Assembly (NCBI GenBank): GCA_033763315.1
Contig: JANRKS010000034.1
Location: 192,001-256,000, forward strand
Direction: 5' to 3'
Length of the DNA stretch: 64,000 bases
Source: Deltaproteobacteria bacterium
GTDB lineage: Bacteria > Myxococcota_A > Polyangia > Fen-1088
The position numbers and the translations under genes are program-made. Below, one piece after another: positions 36,519 through 46,727 of the stretch; within the stretch, counting starts at the first letter, position 1; each line of letters starts with the position of its first letter. Under the pieces are notes generated by a model. That model searched no databases. It saw nothing but the letters and a program-made list of their open reading frames with translations, and had not been told where the DNA came from.

Positions 36519-36534
36519 TGGCACCTGCGGTGCA
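36519..36534 (+). promoter_or_regulatory. Putative sigma54 (-24/-12) promoter
   Basis: TGGCAC-ctgcg-GTGCA with exact GG-N10-GC spacing, about 50 nt upstream of ATG 36587. Confidence 0.55.
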
Positions 36535-36586
36535 CGTGCGCGCTGAGCAAGCACGATGGCTTGGGCTTTGCAGCCTTGGATTCGCT

Positions 36587-37174
36587 ATGAAAAACGCCAG
36601 CTTTGGGTTTGCAATCTTCGCCTTGGCCGCTCTGGTTGCCTGTGGCAGTGACGACGGCGAAGGCGATTCTCCCTCGTCGCCGAGCGATCCGGGGCCGGTG
36701 CAGGGGCCAGTGGCCGCGACGGGCGCGTCGATTGAGCGTGGCCGTCCCGAGACGACCGTGGCCGGAACGAACCCAGGTGCAGGTGGGTCGGGTGAACCTG
36801 CACCCTCGGCCAACGGAGGCAACGGTGCCTCTGGCACAGGCCCCGCGTCGGACGCTGCGGCCAACAATCCCCCGCCGGCTGGCACCCCCCCGCCTGCCAC
36901 CAATCCGCCCCCCGCCAACAATCCACAGCCCGTGAGCGATCCGCCGCCGGGCACCAACGAATCGGACCCCGCGTGCGCGGGTAAAGCGGAAGGGGACGTG
37001 TGCGGCACTCCGTCTTGTCAAAGCGAGACGCACACAGTGCAAGGGCGCTGCGATAAGGAGCTCACCTGCGTTTACGTCAAGATCAAGTGTGACAAGTCGT
37101 GTGAGGGCGGGGTGTGCGTTGATGAGAAGCCCGGCAATGGCAAGGACGCGAGCGGCGGAAAGTCCAAGCCGTAA
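36587..37174 (+). CDS. Lipoprotein with Pro/Gly-rich linker and 8-Cys C-terminal domain
   Basis: MKNASFGFAIFALAALVAC lipobox; PPPA repeats; Cys-rich tail. Confidence 0.8.
   Translation: MKNASFGFAIFALAALVACGSDDGEGDSPSSPSDPGPVQGPVAATGASIERGRPETTVAGTNPGAGGSGEPAPSANGGNGASGTGPASDAAANNPPPAGTPPPATNPPPANNPQPVSDPPPGTNESDPACAGKAEGDVCGTPSCQSETHTVQGRCDKELTCVYVKIKCDKSCEGGVCVDEKPGNGKDASGGKSKP
36860..36931 (+). repeat. Four imperfect 18-bp tandem repeats encoding AxxPPP-like units
   Basis: gccaacaatcccccgccg / gctggcacccccccgcct / gccaccaatccgcccccc / gccaacaatccacagccc. Confidence 0.75.
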
Positions 37175-37460
37175 TGGCGCGGAAACGAAACGTGCGGCTT
37201 GGTTGTATGTCCGTGAAGTGGAACGCAAAGGTCGATCCCCAGCCTGCCAACCACTGAACGTGGTATGGGTGCGGGTTGCCGCACTTTCTCGAACCGCAAT
37301 GTCAGCAAGTTGAAGTCTGCGCTCCTGTGCAGATTGTCTGCAAGCCCAGTCCCTCTATCTGCAGAGAGCGGCTGGCCGGTGAACGCAAAAGCGAAGCGGC
37401 CAGGCTTTGAGAGCCACTCGCTTGGGTGTTGGGGCGCTTCTTGCACGTGCTGGGGGCGTT

Positions 37461-40400
37461 TTGGTACCCAAAGATTCCCAATCTGGCCTTCAAGCCGCTG
37501 TAGCACGCGCTCCACTGGAAGCGCCCTTTCGTTCAGAACTTTTCAGCGTTAGCCAACTCGAACACCACGCTCGAAGCTTGGCCGCCACTCATGAGGTGGG
37601 GCGCGTGGGCCGCGAGGCGGAGGATCTTTTGGGTCGCCTCGGCACAAACGCGCGCGTGCTCGCGCAGGCGTATTCGCAGGTTAGCGAGGCCATCACTCAG
37701 GGCAAGCGCATCACGCCCGCCGCTGAGTGGCTGCTGGATAACTATCACCTCATTGAAGAACAGGTGAGAACGGCGCGCCGGCACTTGCCGCGTGGTTACG
37801 TTCGTGAGCTGCCGTGTTTAACGAATTCAACATCGCCGGGGCGTCCGCGCGTCTACGACATCGCCATTGAACTTATCTCGCACGCCGATGGGCGCGTGGA
37901 TATGGAAGGGGTGCAAGCGTTCATCACGGCCTATCAAACCGTGACGCCGCTTGGATTAGGGGAGTTGTGGGCCATCCCCATCATGCTGCGTCTGGCGCTC
38001 ATCGAGAACCTTCGCCGCGTCTCTGTCGATGTGACGGCGGGGCAAAATGAACGCGCGCGCGCGTGCCTGTGGGCTGATCAGATGATCGCGATGGCCGCAA
38101 AAGAGCCGGGCAAGGTGGTGCTCGTGTTGGCGGACATGGTGCGTGACGTGACGTCACCCAGCAACGCCTTTGCCGCGGAGCTTGCGAGCCGCGTGCAGGC
38201 GCGCGGCCCCAGCCTGGCCATCGCGATGTCATGGCTTGAACAGCGCTTGGCCGAGCACGGGCAAACCGTGGAGCAGGTGTTTCAACTGACCAGTCAAACG
38301 CAAGCGTCAGCGCAAGTGTCTTTTGGCAACAGCATAGGCAGTTTGCGCTTTCTCGGTGCCACCGATTGGCGAGAGTTCGTTGAGGCCACCAGCGTGGTTG
38401 AGCACGCCTTGCGCACCGATCCCGCCGGTGTTTACCCGCAGATGGATTTCGCAACCCGCGATCGCTATCGGCACGTGGTGGAGCAAATCGCGAAGGCGAG
38501 CGATGTCACGCAAGCACAAGTGGCCTCTTGTGTTCTAGAGGCAGCGCGTGAACGCGATGCCGCTGGCGACAAGCGTGGTGCACACGTTGGCCATTTCTTG
38601 ATAGGCGAAGGGCACCTGCTTGTAGAGCGAGCCGTGTCTGCTCACTGGCCGTGGCTTCGCCGCGTAGGAAGCGTGTGCGAGCGGTTGCCCTTGCTGGTGT
38701 ACCTTGGTGCCATCGCGGCCACCACGGCCATTGCCACAAGCCCGTTGGTTTGGTGGGCCAAAGAACGCGGCTTCGATCGCGTGAGCTTGATCGCATGGTC
38801 CTTGTTGATCGCGTTGTGTGCCAGCCAAACCGCGTTGGCGTTGGTGCACTGGGCGGCCACAATTCTCGTCAAACCGCGGGTCTTGCCACGGTTGGATTTC
38901 TCCGAAGGCATTCCCCCGCAACACCGCACGGTGGTGGCGGTCCCCGCGCTGTTGACCGATCTGCGCGAAGTGGACGAGCTGCTCGAAGGTTTGGAAGTGC
39001 GCATGTTGGCCAACCGGGACAACAATGTTGTGTTCGCGTTGCTCACAGATCTTCGCGACGCCGCGGCTGAATCGGTGCAGGGTGATGCCGACGTCGTTGA
39101 GCGCGCGCGCGCGGGCATAACGACGCTCAATGAACGTTACGCAGGCCAAGCGGTGTTCTTCCTTTACCATCGCGATCGTCGCTTTAACCCGCGTGAAGGC
39201 GTGTGGATGGGATGGGAACGCAAGCGGGGAAAGCTTGAACAGTTTAACGAGGCCCTGCGCGGCGATGACAGTGGTTTCGCCCTCATCGTGGGGCCCAAAG
39301 CACAGATGGCCAACATAAAGTACGTGGTGGCGCTCGACGCCGACACACAGTTGCCGCGCGACGCTGCACGCTTGTTGGTGGGCACCCTGGCACACCCCTT
39401 GAACCGTCCTGTGTTTGATGACGCCGGGCGCGTGGTTTCGGGTTACAGTATTTTGCAACCGGGCCTTGGCATCACCATGCCCAGCGCGCGGCGATCGCTG
39501 TTTTCACGTTTGTTTGCCGGCGAATCAGGCATCGATCCGTATACGCGGGCGGTCTCCGACATTTACCAAGATCTGTTTGACGAAGGATCGTTTGTTGGCA
39601 AGGGAATCTATGATGTGGATGCGCTTCGCAAGGCGCTACGCAACCGTTTTCCAGAGAACCGCATCCTGAGCCACGACCTGCTTGAGGGCGCTCATGCACG
39701 CGCCGGCCTGGTGAGTGATGTGGTGCTGTTCGAGGACTATCCTTATGCCCACGCCGCGGACGTCAGCCGTCGCTCACGTTGGATCCGCGGCGATTGGCAA
39801 ATTACGCCTTGGTTGTGGCCGCGCGTGCCGTCCGCAGCATCTGGGCAACGTCTGCGCAATCCGTTGTCGGGCCTTTCACGTTGGAAGCTGTTAGACAACC
39901 TTCGCCGCAGCCTCTTGCCTGTGGCGTTGTTGGCGGCGCTGGTGATTGGCTGGCTGCTTCCGGGCGCGGCGCTGCTGCACACGCTCATAGTCGTTTCCAT
40001 CTTTGCGTTGCCGGGCTTGCTTACGGCGGCCACCGATCTGGCCAGACGCCCCAGCGACCTTCCGTTCAACTACCACGCGCTGAGCATCGCGCGCGCCCTC
40101 GCTCGGCAACTTCTGCGCGAGCTGTTCAACTTGGCGATGTTGCCTTACGACGCCTTTATAAGCATCGACGCCATCACGCGTACGGGCTTTCGTGTGTTGG
40201 TGAGCCACAAGCGCCTTTTGCAATGGCGCACGGCTAGCGACGCGCAACGCTCAGCCCACGCGGACGTCGCGGGTACCTACGTGTCCATGTGGAGTTTGCC
40301 GATCACCGCCATGGTTTTGGCCTTTGTGATCTTGCAACGCAACCCCGAGGCTTTGCCGGTGGCCGGATGTTTGTTGGCCCTGTGGATGTTCGCGCCTGCA

Positions 40401-43400
40401 GCCTCTTGGTGGGTGAGCCAACCGCTGCGGCCGGCGCAACCAGCGATGTCGAAAACCGATGTCGCGTTCTTGCGGATGGTGGCGCGGCGCACGTGGCGCT
40501 TCTTCGAGACATTCGTTGGTCCTGACGACAACGACTTGCCGCCCGACAACGTCCAGGAAGATCCGCCGCAGGGCATTGCTCACCGAACGTCCCCAACGAA
40601 CATTGGCATGTCGCTGTTGGCAAACCTGGCCGCGTTCGACTTTGGCTACATCGCTGGCAAAGAGGTGGTGGCCCGCACACAGCGAACGCTGGCGACCATG
40701 GATCGTTTGCAGCGGCACCGGGGCCACTTTTACAACTGGTATGATACCAAGACGCTTGAGCCCCTGCGCCCGCTTTACGTGTCAACGGTTGACAGCGGCA
40801 ATTTGGCAGGTCATTTGCTCACGTTGGCCGCGGGCCTCCGAGAGATGGAGACGGCGCCGGCTTTCTCGCCCGCCCGCGTCTTTGAAGGCCTGAGCACGAC
40901 GCTTGAAGTGATCATCGAAGTGGCTGGCACGCTTCCGACAGCGTCGGCTGAAGCTCTATCAGCGCTGCAGTCACAGGTACAGACGCAACCGGGCACGTTG
41001 CTGCAAGCCCACAACCAACTTCACACAATGGTGTCGCGGGCCGCCGAGCTGGCACAATCGGCTTTGGACGTGGTGGGCGACGAGACTCATTGGTGGATCG
41101 ACGCGTTTGAGTCGCAATGTCGTGGTTGGCTGGCTGAACTTGAAGCCTTGGCACCCTGGCTTTTGCTGTCGCCTCCGGAGATTCTGCTTGAACTGCCGGG
41201 TTTGACGCCGTTGGCGCTCGCGCGGCTTGAAGTTGGCAACGAAGCCATGCCCGCGCTGCGGGATGCCGTGGCTGCCAGTGCCGAGCGCGCCGCTTCACGC
41301 TTAACAGAGCTGCGTGCTCTGGGGGCGCGCTGCACTGAGCTTGCCGACCTCGAGTATGGCTTTCTCTACGACGACGCCCGCAGGTTGTTGTCGATAGGCT
41401 ACAACGTGGCCGACCACCGGCTCGACGCGAGCTTCTATGATCTGCTTGCTTCAGAAGCCCGCTTGGCCAGTTATGTGGCGATCGCACAGGGCAAACTTCC
41501 CCAAGAACATTGGTTTAGCCTGGGACGTTTGTTGACCACCTCCGCGGGCAAGCAGGCGCTGCTGTCGTGGAGCGGATCGATGTTTGAGTATTTGATGCCG
41601 TTGTTGGTGATGCCCACCTACGAGCAAACGCTGCTCGATGAAACCTATCGAGCGGTGGTTGAACGGCAAGTGGAGTATGGGCGCGAGCGAGGTGTGCCGT
41701 GGGGCGTATCTGAATCGGGATACAACAAAACCGACGCGCACCTCAACTATCAATACCGCGCGTTTGGTGTGCCAGGACTGGGCTTCAAGCGCGGCCTGGC
41801 CGATGATCTGGTTGTGGCGCCATACGCCAGTGCCATGGGCTTGATGATCAACCCGACCGCCTCATCCGCGAACCTACGCACGTTGGCGAAACAGGGCATC
41901 TTCGCGAGCTACGGCTTTTATGAAGCCATCGATTACACAACGCCGCGTTTGCCTCCCGGGCAGGACAGCGTGGTCGTCAAGTCGTTCATGGCTCACCACC
42001 AAGGCATGGCCCTTTTGTCACTCGTCTATCTGTTGTGTGAGCGGCCGATGCAACGGCGCTTCGCCTCGGACCCAGCGTTTTTAGCCACCGATCTTTTGCT
42101 GCAAGAGCGGGTGCCGAAGGCGACGGCGGTGTTCCCGCATTTGGCGGAGGTTGCCGCCTCGCGTGGACCGGCGGCCGAAAACAAGCCGAATCTGCGGTTT
42201 TTCAACACCTGGAACACGGAAGCACCCGAAGTTCACCTGCTTTCGAATGGGCAGTATCACGTGATGGTCACGAATGCGGGTGGTGGTTCAAGCCGCTGGC
42301 GCGATCTGTCTGTCACTCGTTGGCGCGAAGATCCCACGCGCGATCACTGGGGTACGTTCTGCTACGTCCGCGATCTGCAAACGGGAACGTTCTGGTCGGC
42401 CGCGCACCATCCGACACGGAAAGCGCCGTCAGGCTATGAGGTCATCTTTTCGGAAGGCCGCGCCGAATACCGCCGCCGCGATGGCGACATCGAAACGTTT
42501 ATGGAGATCAGCGTCTCCCCCGAAGACGACCTTGAATTGCGGCGCATCAGCATCACCAACCGTGGTGCCACGCCACGCCGGGTGGAGCTCACCAGCTACG
42601 CGGAAGTTGTGTTGGCGATGGCGGCTGCCGATGTGGCACATCCCGCCTTCAGCAATTTGTTTGTGCAAACCGAGCTACTGACGGACCGCCAGGCGATCTT
42701 GTGCACGCGCCGGCCGCGGTCCGGTGGCGAGCGGCCGCCGTGGATGATGCACTCGATGACCGTTCACGGCACAGCCTCGGGTGGCACATCCTTCGAAACG
42801 AGCCGCACGAACTTCATCGGCCGCGGCCGCACTGTGGCCGATCCCGTCGCTTTGCACGAACCTACGCTTGGCAACAGTGAGGGATCGGTGCTCGATCCCA
42901 TCGTGTCCATCCGCAACACGCTGGTTGTGCAACCTGATGAGACGTCTCACGTTCACATCGTCACGGGCATGGCCGAAACGCGTGAAGGCGCTTTGGCCCT
43001 GGTTGAAAAGTATCAAGATCGGCATCTGGCTGATCGTGTGTTCGAGCTGTCGTGGACGCAAAGCCAGGTGGTTCTGCGTCGCCTTGACGTGACAGAGGCT
43101 GACACACAATTGTTCGGTCGCTTGGCCAGCAACATCCTTTACGCCAATGCTGCGATGCGGGCGCCTGCCAGCGTGATTATGCGCAACCGCAGTGGCCAAT
43201 CGGGTCTGTGGGGGTATGGCATTTCGGGGGATCTACCGATTGTGTTGCTGCGCGTGGCGGATCTTTCGGCGCTGCCCCTGGTCAAGCAGCTTGTGCAAGC
43301 GCACGTGTATTGGCGCCTAAAGGGCCTGGCCACGGATCTTGTGATCTGGAACGACGATCAATCTGGTTACCGGCAAGAGCTGCACGATGGCATCATAAAC

Positions 43401-46061
43401 ACGATCGGCTCGTCGGCGGACGCCAACCTGTTGGATAAGCGTGGTGGCATCTTCGTGCGCCGCACGGATCAGATGTCCGACGATGATAAGTTGGTGATGC
43501 AAACCGTGGCACGCGTGATCGTAGCGGATACGGGTGGCACCTTGGCCAACCAAATGGATCGCCGCGCCCGCGGTGACGTGCGTGTGCCGCCTTTGGCAGC
43601 CACGCGCAAGCGTCGCGCGGAACCCTCGGAAGCGGCGAGTCCGGCGACGCCATCGACGCCGCAGTTATACGCGTGGAATGGCCTGGGTGGCTTTTCACCC
43701 GACGGGCGCGAGTACGTCATTACCACCGGGCCGGGCTTGGCCACACCCGCGCCGTGGGTCAACGTGATCGCCAACCCATGGTTTGGCACGGTGGTCAGTG
43801 AAACAGGGGCCGCCTATACGTGGTGTGAGAACGCGCATTCTTATCGTCTGTCGCCGTGGCACAACGATCCCGTCAGTGATCCGAGCGGTGAATGCTTTTA
43901 TGTGCGCGACGAAGAGGACGGCCGCGTGTGGTCGCCAACGCCGCAACCAGCCCCCGCTGCTGCGCCCTACACAACCCGCCATGGTTTTGGATACAGCACC
44001 TTTGCGTGTGAGGAGGGCGGCATCGCGACGACGCTCACGACTTTTGTGGCGACGGACGCACCGGTCAAGTTTGTGGTGTTAAAGGTGAGCAACCGTTCGG
44101 GCCGTCAACGGCGTGTGTCGTTGATGGGCTTTGTGGAATTGGTTATGGGGGCCGAGCGCGCCATCAATCTGCCGCACATCGTGACCGAGGTGGATCCGAA
44201 ATCAGGGGCGCTATTTGCCCGCAACGCCTACAGCAGTGACTTTGCGGCGCGCGTGGCGTTCATGGCCGGCAGTGAGCCGGCGCGGTCCGTATCGGGCGAT
44301 CGCCTAGAATTCCTTGGTCGCGCGGGCGCTTACGGCGCCCCGGCATGCATGACGCGTTCGCATCTGTCAGGCCGCGTGGGGGCGGGCTTCGATCCGTGCT
44401 TCGCGATGCAGCTGACACTTGATTTGGGTGACGGCCAAGAGCGCGAAATTGCGTTTATGTTTGGTTCGGGCCGCGACGTCACAGACGCACGGACGTTGGT
44501 GACACGCTTTCGTGGCACAGGGCCAGCCCACGCTGCGCTTGCGTTGGTCAACACGTATTGGCAGGCGACGCTGGGAGCCGTGAGCGTGCAAACGCCCGAT
44601 GTGGCGGTGAACGTGTTGGCGAATGGCTGGTTGTTGTACCAAGTCCTCGCTGCTCGTTTGTGGGCACGTAGCGGCTTTTATCAATCCGGCGGCGCGTTTG
44701 GATTCCGAGATCAGCTGCAAGATTCATTGGCCTTGGTGCACGCGCAGCCGCAACTGCTGCGCAGCCAAATCTTGCGCTGTGCTGAACACCAATTTCGCGA
44801 AGGTGACGTGCAACACTGGTGGCATCCGCCCTTGAGCCGGGGCGTGCGCACGCACATTTCTGACGATTATCTTTGGCTTCCCTTTGCGGTGTGCCGTTAC
44901 ATCGGGGCCGTGGGTGATACGGGCGTTCTAGAAGAACGCGCGGCTTTTCTTGAAGGCCGTGTGGTCAAGCGCGACGAGGATAGCTACTACGATCTGCCTG
45001 GGCGCTCCGATGAGCTTGGCACCGTTTACGAGCATTGCGTGCGCGCCATTAAACACGGGCTCCGCATGGGCGCCCATGGCTTGCCGTTGATGGGCAGCGG
45101 CGACTGGAACGACGGCATGAACCTTGTGGGCGAGCATGGCAAAGGCGAAAGCGTGTGGCTCGCCTTCTTCTTGTTCGACGTTCTGCAAAACTTTTCCCGG
45201 GTGGCGCAACAACGTGGTGACGAAGTGTTCGCGCAAATTTGCGTTGCCGAGGCAGCCAAGCTCAAAACCAACATCGAGGAACACGCCTGGGATGGCGCGT
45301 GGTACTTACGTGCGTTTTTCGACGATGGTCAAGCGATGGGGTCTGCCAGCAGCGTTGAATGTCAAATCGATTCGTTGCCGCAAAGCTGGTCCATCCTGTC
45401 GGGGGCAGGGCAGCCGCAACGCGTTCAACAAGCGCTGGCCGCCTTGGATGAGCGGTTGGTGAACCGGCCGCTGGGCTTGATCAAATTGTTTGATCCCGCG
45501 TTTGATACATCGCCGCAAAATCCGGGCTATGTGAAGGGTTACGTGCCCGGCGTGCGCGAGAACGGTGGGCAATACACGCACGCCGCGGTGTGGGCGGTGA
45601 TGGCATTTGCCGCGGCGGGCGACGCTGAGCGTGCGTGGGAACTGTTCGGCCTCATCAACCCGGTGAACCACGGCAACAGCGCCAAGACCATCTCGGTTTA
45701 TAAAGTGGAACCCTACGTGGTGGCGGCCGACGTCTACACCAACCCGCAGCACGCGGGGCGGGGCGGATGGACGTGGTACACAGGCTCGGCCGGTTGGATG
45801 TACCAGCTGATCATCGAATCGCTGCTAGGCTTGCACCTGGAAGTGGATCACTTGCGTTTGGCCCCGTTGCTCCCGAAGGCCTGGCCTTCTGTTGATGTGC
45901 GCTATCGTTTCCGCAACACCACGTACCACATCACCATGAGGCGACGCAGTGGCAGCAACTCGCTCACGCGCGTGGTGTGCGATGGCGCTGAGCAGCCGGA
46001 TAAGACGGTGCCGCTGGTCGACGATGGCGGCAACCACGAAGTGCAGGTGGACTTGGGCTGA
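37461..46061 (+). CDS. ndvB: Cyclic beta-1,2-glucan synthase (NdvB/Cgs type: GT84 + GH144-like + GH94 phosphorylase)
   Basis: PAAEWLLDN, ERKRGK, DADT, SHDLLEG, RWIRGDWQ, SWSGSMFEYLMP, YQSGGAFGFRDQLQD, GDWNDG, ENGGQYTH; start uncertain (37407-37461). Confidence 0.93.
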   Translation: MVPKDSQSGLQAAVARAPLEAPFRSELFSVSQLEHHARSLAATHEVGRVGREAEDLLGRLGTNARVLAQAYSQVSEAITQGKRITPAAEWLLDNYHLIEEQVRTARRHLPRGYVRELPCLTNSTSPGRPRVYDIAIELISHADGRVDMEGVQAFITAYQTVTPLGLGELWAIPIMLRLALIENLRRVSVDVTAGQNERARACLWADQMIAMAAKEPGKVVLVLADMVRDVTSPSNAFAAELASRVQARGPSLAIAMSWLEQRLAEHGQTVEQVFQLTSQTQASAQVSFGNSIGSLRFLGATDWREFVEATSVVEHALRTDPAGVYPQMDFATRDRYRHVVEQIAKASDVTQAQVASCVLEAARERDAAGDKRGAHVGHFLIGEGHLLVERAVSAHWPWLRRVGSVCERLPLLVYLGAIAATTAIATSPLVWWAKERGFDRVSLIAWSLLIALCASQTALALVHWAATILVKPRVLPRLDFSEGIPPQHRTVVAVPALLTDLREVDELLEGLEVRMLANRDNNVVFALLTDLRDAAAESVQGDADVVERARAGITTLNERYAGQAVFFLYHRDRRFNPREGVWMGWERKRGKLEQFNEALRGDDSGFALIVGPKAQMANIKYVVALDADTQLPRDAARLLVGTLAHPLNRPVFDDAGRVVSGYSILQPGLGITMPSARRSLFSRLFAGESGIDPYTRAVSDIYQDLFDEGSFVGKGIYDVDALRKALRNRFPENRILSHDLLEGAHARAGLVSDVVLFEDYPYAHAADVSRRSRWIRGDWQITPWLWPRVPSAASGQRLRNPLSGLSRWKLLDNLRRSLLPVALLAALVIGWLLPGAALLHTLIVVSIFALPGLLTAATDLARRPSDLPFNYHALSIARALARQLLRELFNLAMLPYDAFISIDAITRTGFRVLVSHKRLLQWRTASDAQRSAHADVAGTYVSMWSLPITAMVLAFVILQRNPEALPVAGCLLALWMFAPAASWWVSQPLRPAQPAMSKTDVAFLRMVARRTWRFFETFVGPDDNDLPPDNVQEDPPQGIAHRTSPTNIGMSLLANLAAFDFGYIAGKEVVARTQRTLATMDRLQRHRGHFYNWYDTKTLEPLRPLYVSTVDSGNLAGHLLTLAAGLREMETAPAFSPARVFEGLSTTLEVIIEVAGTLPTASAEALSALQSQVQTQPGTLLQAHNQLHTMVSRAAELAQSALDVVGDETHWWIDAFESQCRGWLAELEALAPWLLLSPPEILLELPGLTPLALARLEVGNEAMPALRDAVAASAERAASRLTELRALGARCTELADLEYGFLYDDARRLLSIGYNVADHRLDASFYDLLASEARLASYVAIAQGKLPQEHWFSLGRLLTTSAGKQALLSWSGSMFEYLMPLLVMPTYEQTLLDETYRAVVERQVEYGRERGVPWGVSESGYNKTDAHLNYQYRAFGVPGLGFKRGLADDLVVAPYASAMGLMINPTASSANLRTLAKQGIFASYGFYEAIDYTTPRLPPGQDSVVVKSFMAHHQGMALLSLVYLLCERPMQRRFASDPAFLATDLLLQERVPKATAVFPHLAEVAASRGPAAENKPNLRFFNTWNTEAPEVHLLSNGQYHVMVTNAGGGSSRWRDLSVTRWREDPTRDHWGTFCYVRDLQTGTFWSAAHHPTRKAPSGYEVIFSEGRAEYRRRDGDIETFMEISVSPEDDLELRRISITNRGATPRRVELTSYAEVVLAMAAADVAHPAFSNLFVQTELLTDRQAILCTRRPRSGGERPPWMMHSMTVHGTASGGTSFETSRTNFIGRGRTVADPVALHEPTLGNSEGSVLDPIVSIRNTLVVQPDETSHVHIVTGMAETREGALALVEKYQDRHLADRVFELSWTQSQVVLRRLDVTEADTQLFGRLASNILYANAAMRAPASVIMRNRSGQSGLWGYGISGDLPIVLLRVADLSALPLVKQLVQAHVYWRLKGLATDLVIWNDDQSGYRQELHDGIINTIGSSADANLLDKRGGIFVRRTDQMSDDDKLVMQTVARVIVADTGGTLANQMDRRARGDVRVPPLAATRKRRAEPSEAASPATPSTPQLYAWNGLGGFSPDGREYVITTGPGLATPAPWVNVIANPWFGTVVSETGAAYTWCENAHSYRLSPWHNDPVSDPSGECFYVRDEEDGRVWSPTPQPAPAAAPYTTRHGFGYSTFACEEGGIATTLTTFVATDAPVKFVVLKVSNRSGRQRRVSLMGFVELVMGAERAINLPHIVTEVDPKSGALFARNAYSSDFAARVAFMAGSEPARSVSGDRLEFLGRAGAYGAPACMTRSHLSGRVGAGFDPCFAMQLTLDLGDGQEREIAFMFGSGRDVTDARTLVTRFRGTGPAHAALALVNTYWQATLGAVSVQTPDVAVNVLANGWLLYQVLAARLWARSGFYQSGGAFGFRDQLQDSLALVHAQPQLLRSQILRCAEHQFREGDVQHWWHPPLSRGVRTHISDDYLWLPFAVCRYIGAVGDTGVLEERAAFLEGRVVKRDEDSYYDLPGRSDELGTVYEHCVRAIKHGLRMGAHGLPLMGSGDWNDGMNLVGEHGKGESVWLAFFLFDVLQNFSRVAQQRGDEVFAQICVAEAAKLKTNIEEHAWDGAWYLRAFFDDGQAMGSASSVECQIDSLPQSWSILSGAGQPQRVQQALAALDERLVNRPLGLIKLFDPAFDTSPQNPGYVKGYVPGVRENGGQYTHAAVWAVMAFAAAGDAERAWELFGLINPVNHGNSAKTISVYKVEPYVVAADVYTNPQHAGRGGWTWYTGSAGWMYQLIIESLLGLHLEVDHLRLAPLLPKAWPSVDVRYRFRNTTYHITMRRRSGSNSLTRVVCDGAEQPDKTVPLVDDGGNHEVQVDLG

Positions 46062-46123
46062 GCCGCTCACAAAAGCGTTCACCGCCGGTGACACAAAATC
46101 GGCGGCGCGGTGTTTGTGCCGGT

Positions 46124-46663
46124 ATGAAGCACTCACTTACCGTTGCTTTCGTGGCGCTGTTGGCGGCTTGGGCGCAGCCCGAATATGCCCACGCGGCCGA
46201 TGAATCACTGGCCGTTTACGTCCAAGGTATGGGCGGCTCACAATCCAATAACAGTGGGGTCTCTTTGGGAGGCTTCGGCGTTCAGGCCGGCCTGCAGGTG
46301 CTGTTTCTGGAAGCCTACGTCAGCCAAACGTCCTTTGGTGCAGACACAAGCGTCACTCGCGCGGTGGCAGGCACCGTGTTCGACGTGAACTTTGGCCCGT
46401 GGGAGTTGTCATTGCACCTGGGGGTGGGGGCCATCGCCGGTTCGGGTGACGCCTTGCTGGGCCCAGGAACATCTGGCGATCAGAGCGGGGCCGTTGCGCG
46501 CGTCGGCCTCGGTCTAGAGCGCGACTTGGGTGCTTTCTTCGCGGCCGGCGCGAGCTTGGAAAGCGAGACTTATTCAGTCAAATCCGCATCGGGTGACGAC
46601 CGTTGGTCGGGAGGCTCGAGCGTCTTCCTGTCGGGACACCTCAAGTTTGAGCTCGGCATTTAG
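46124..46663 (+). CDS. Small outer-membrane beta-barrel protein
   Basis: Signal peptide (YAHA), alternating amphipathic beta-strands, C-terminal LSGHLKFELGI. Confidence 0.65.
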   Translation: MKHSLTVAFVALLAAWAQPEYAHAADESLAVYVQGMGGSQSNNSGVSLGGFGVQAGLQVLFLEAYVSQTSFGADTSVTRAVAGTVFDVNFGPWELSLHLGVGAIAGSGDALLGPGTSGDQSGAVARVGLGLERDLGAFFAAGASLESETYSVKSASGDDRWSGGSSVFLSGHLKFELGI

Positions 46664-46727
46664 CCGCACCATCACGCCGCGCTTCGTCACGCCTGCCACG
46701 CGGCCGCAAAACCAGTACACTGCGGTT

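Noticed and set aside
38535-39458. 307-aa and other long minus-strand ORFs inside ndvB
   Set aside because: Shadow frames caused by GC3 codon bias; no recognisable domains or RBS
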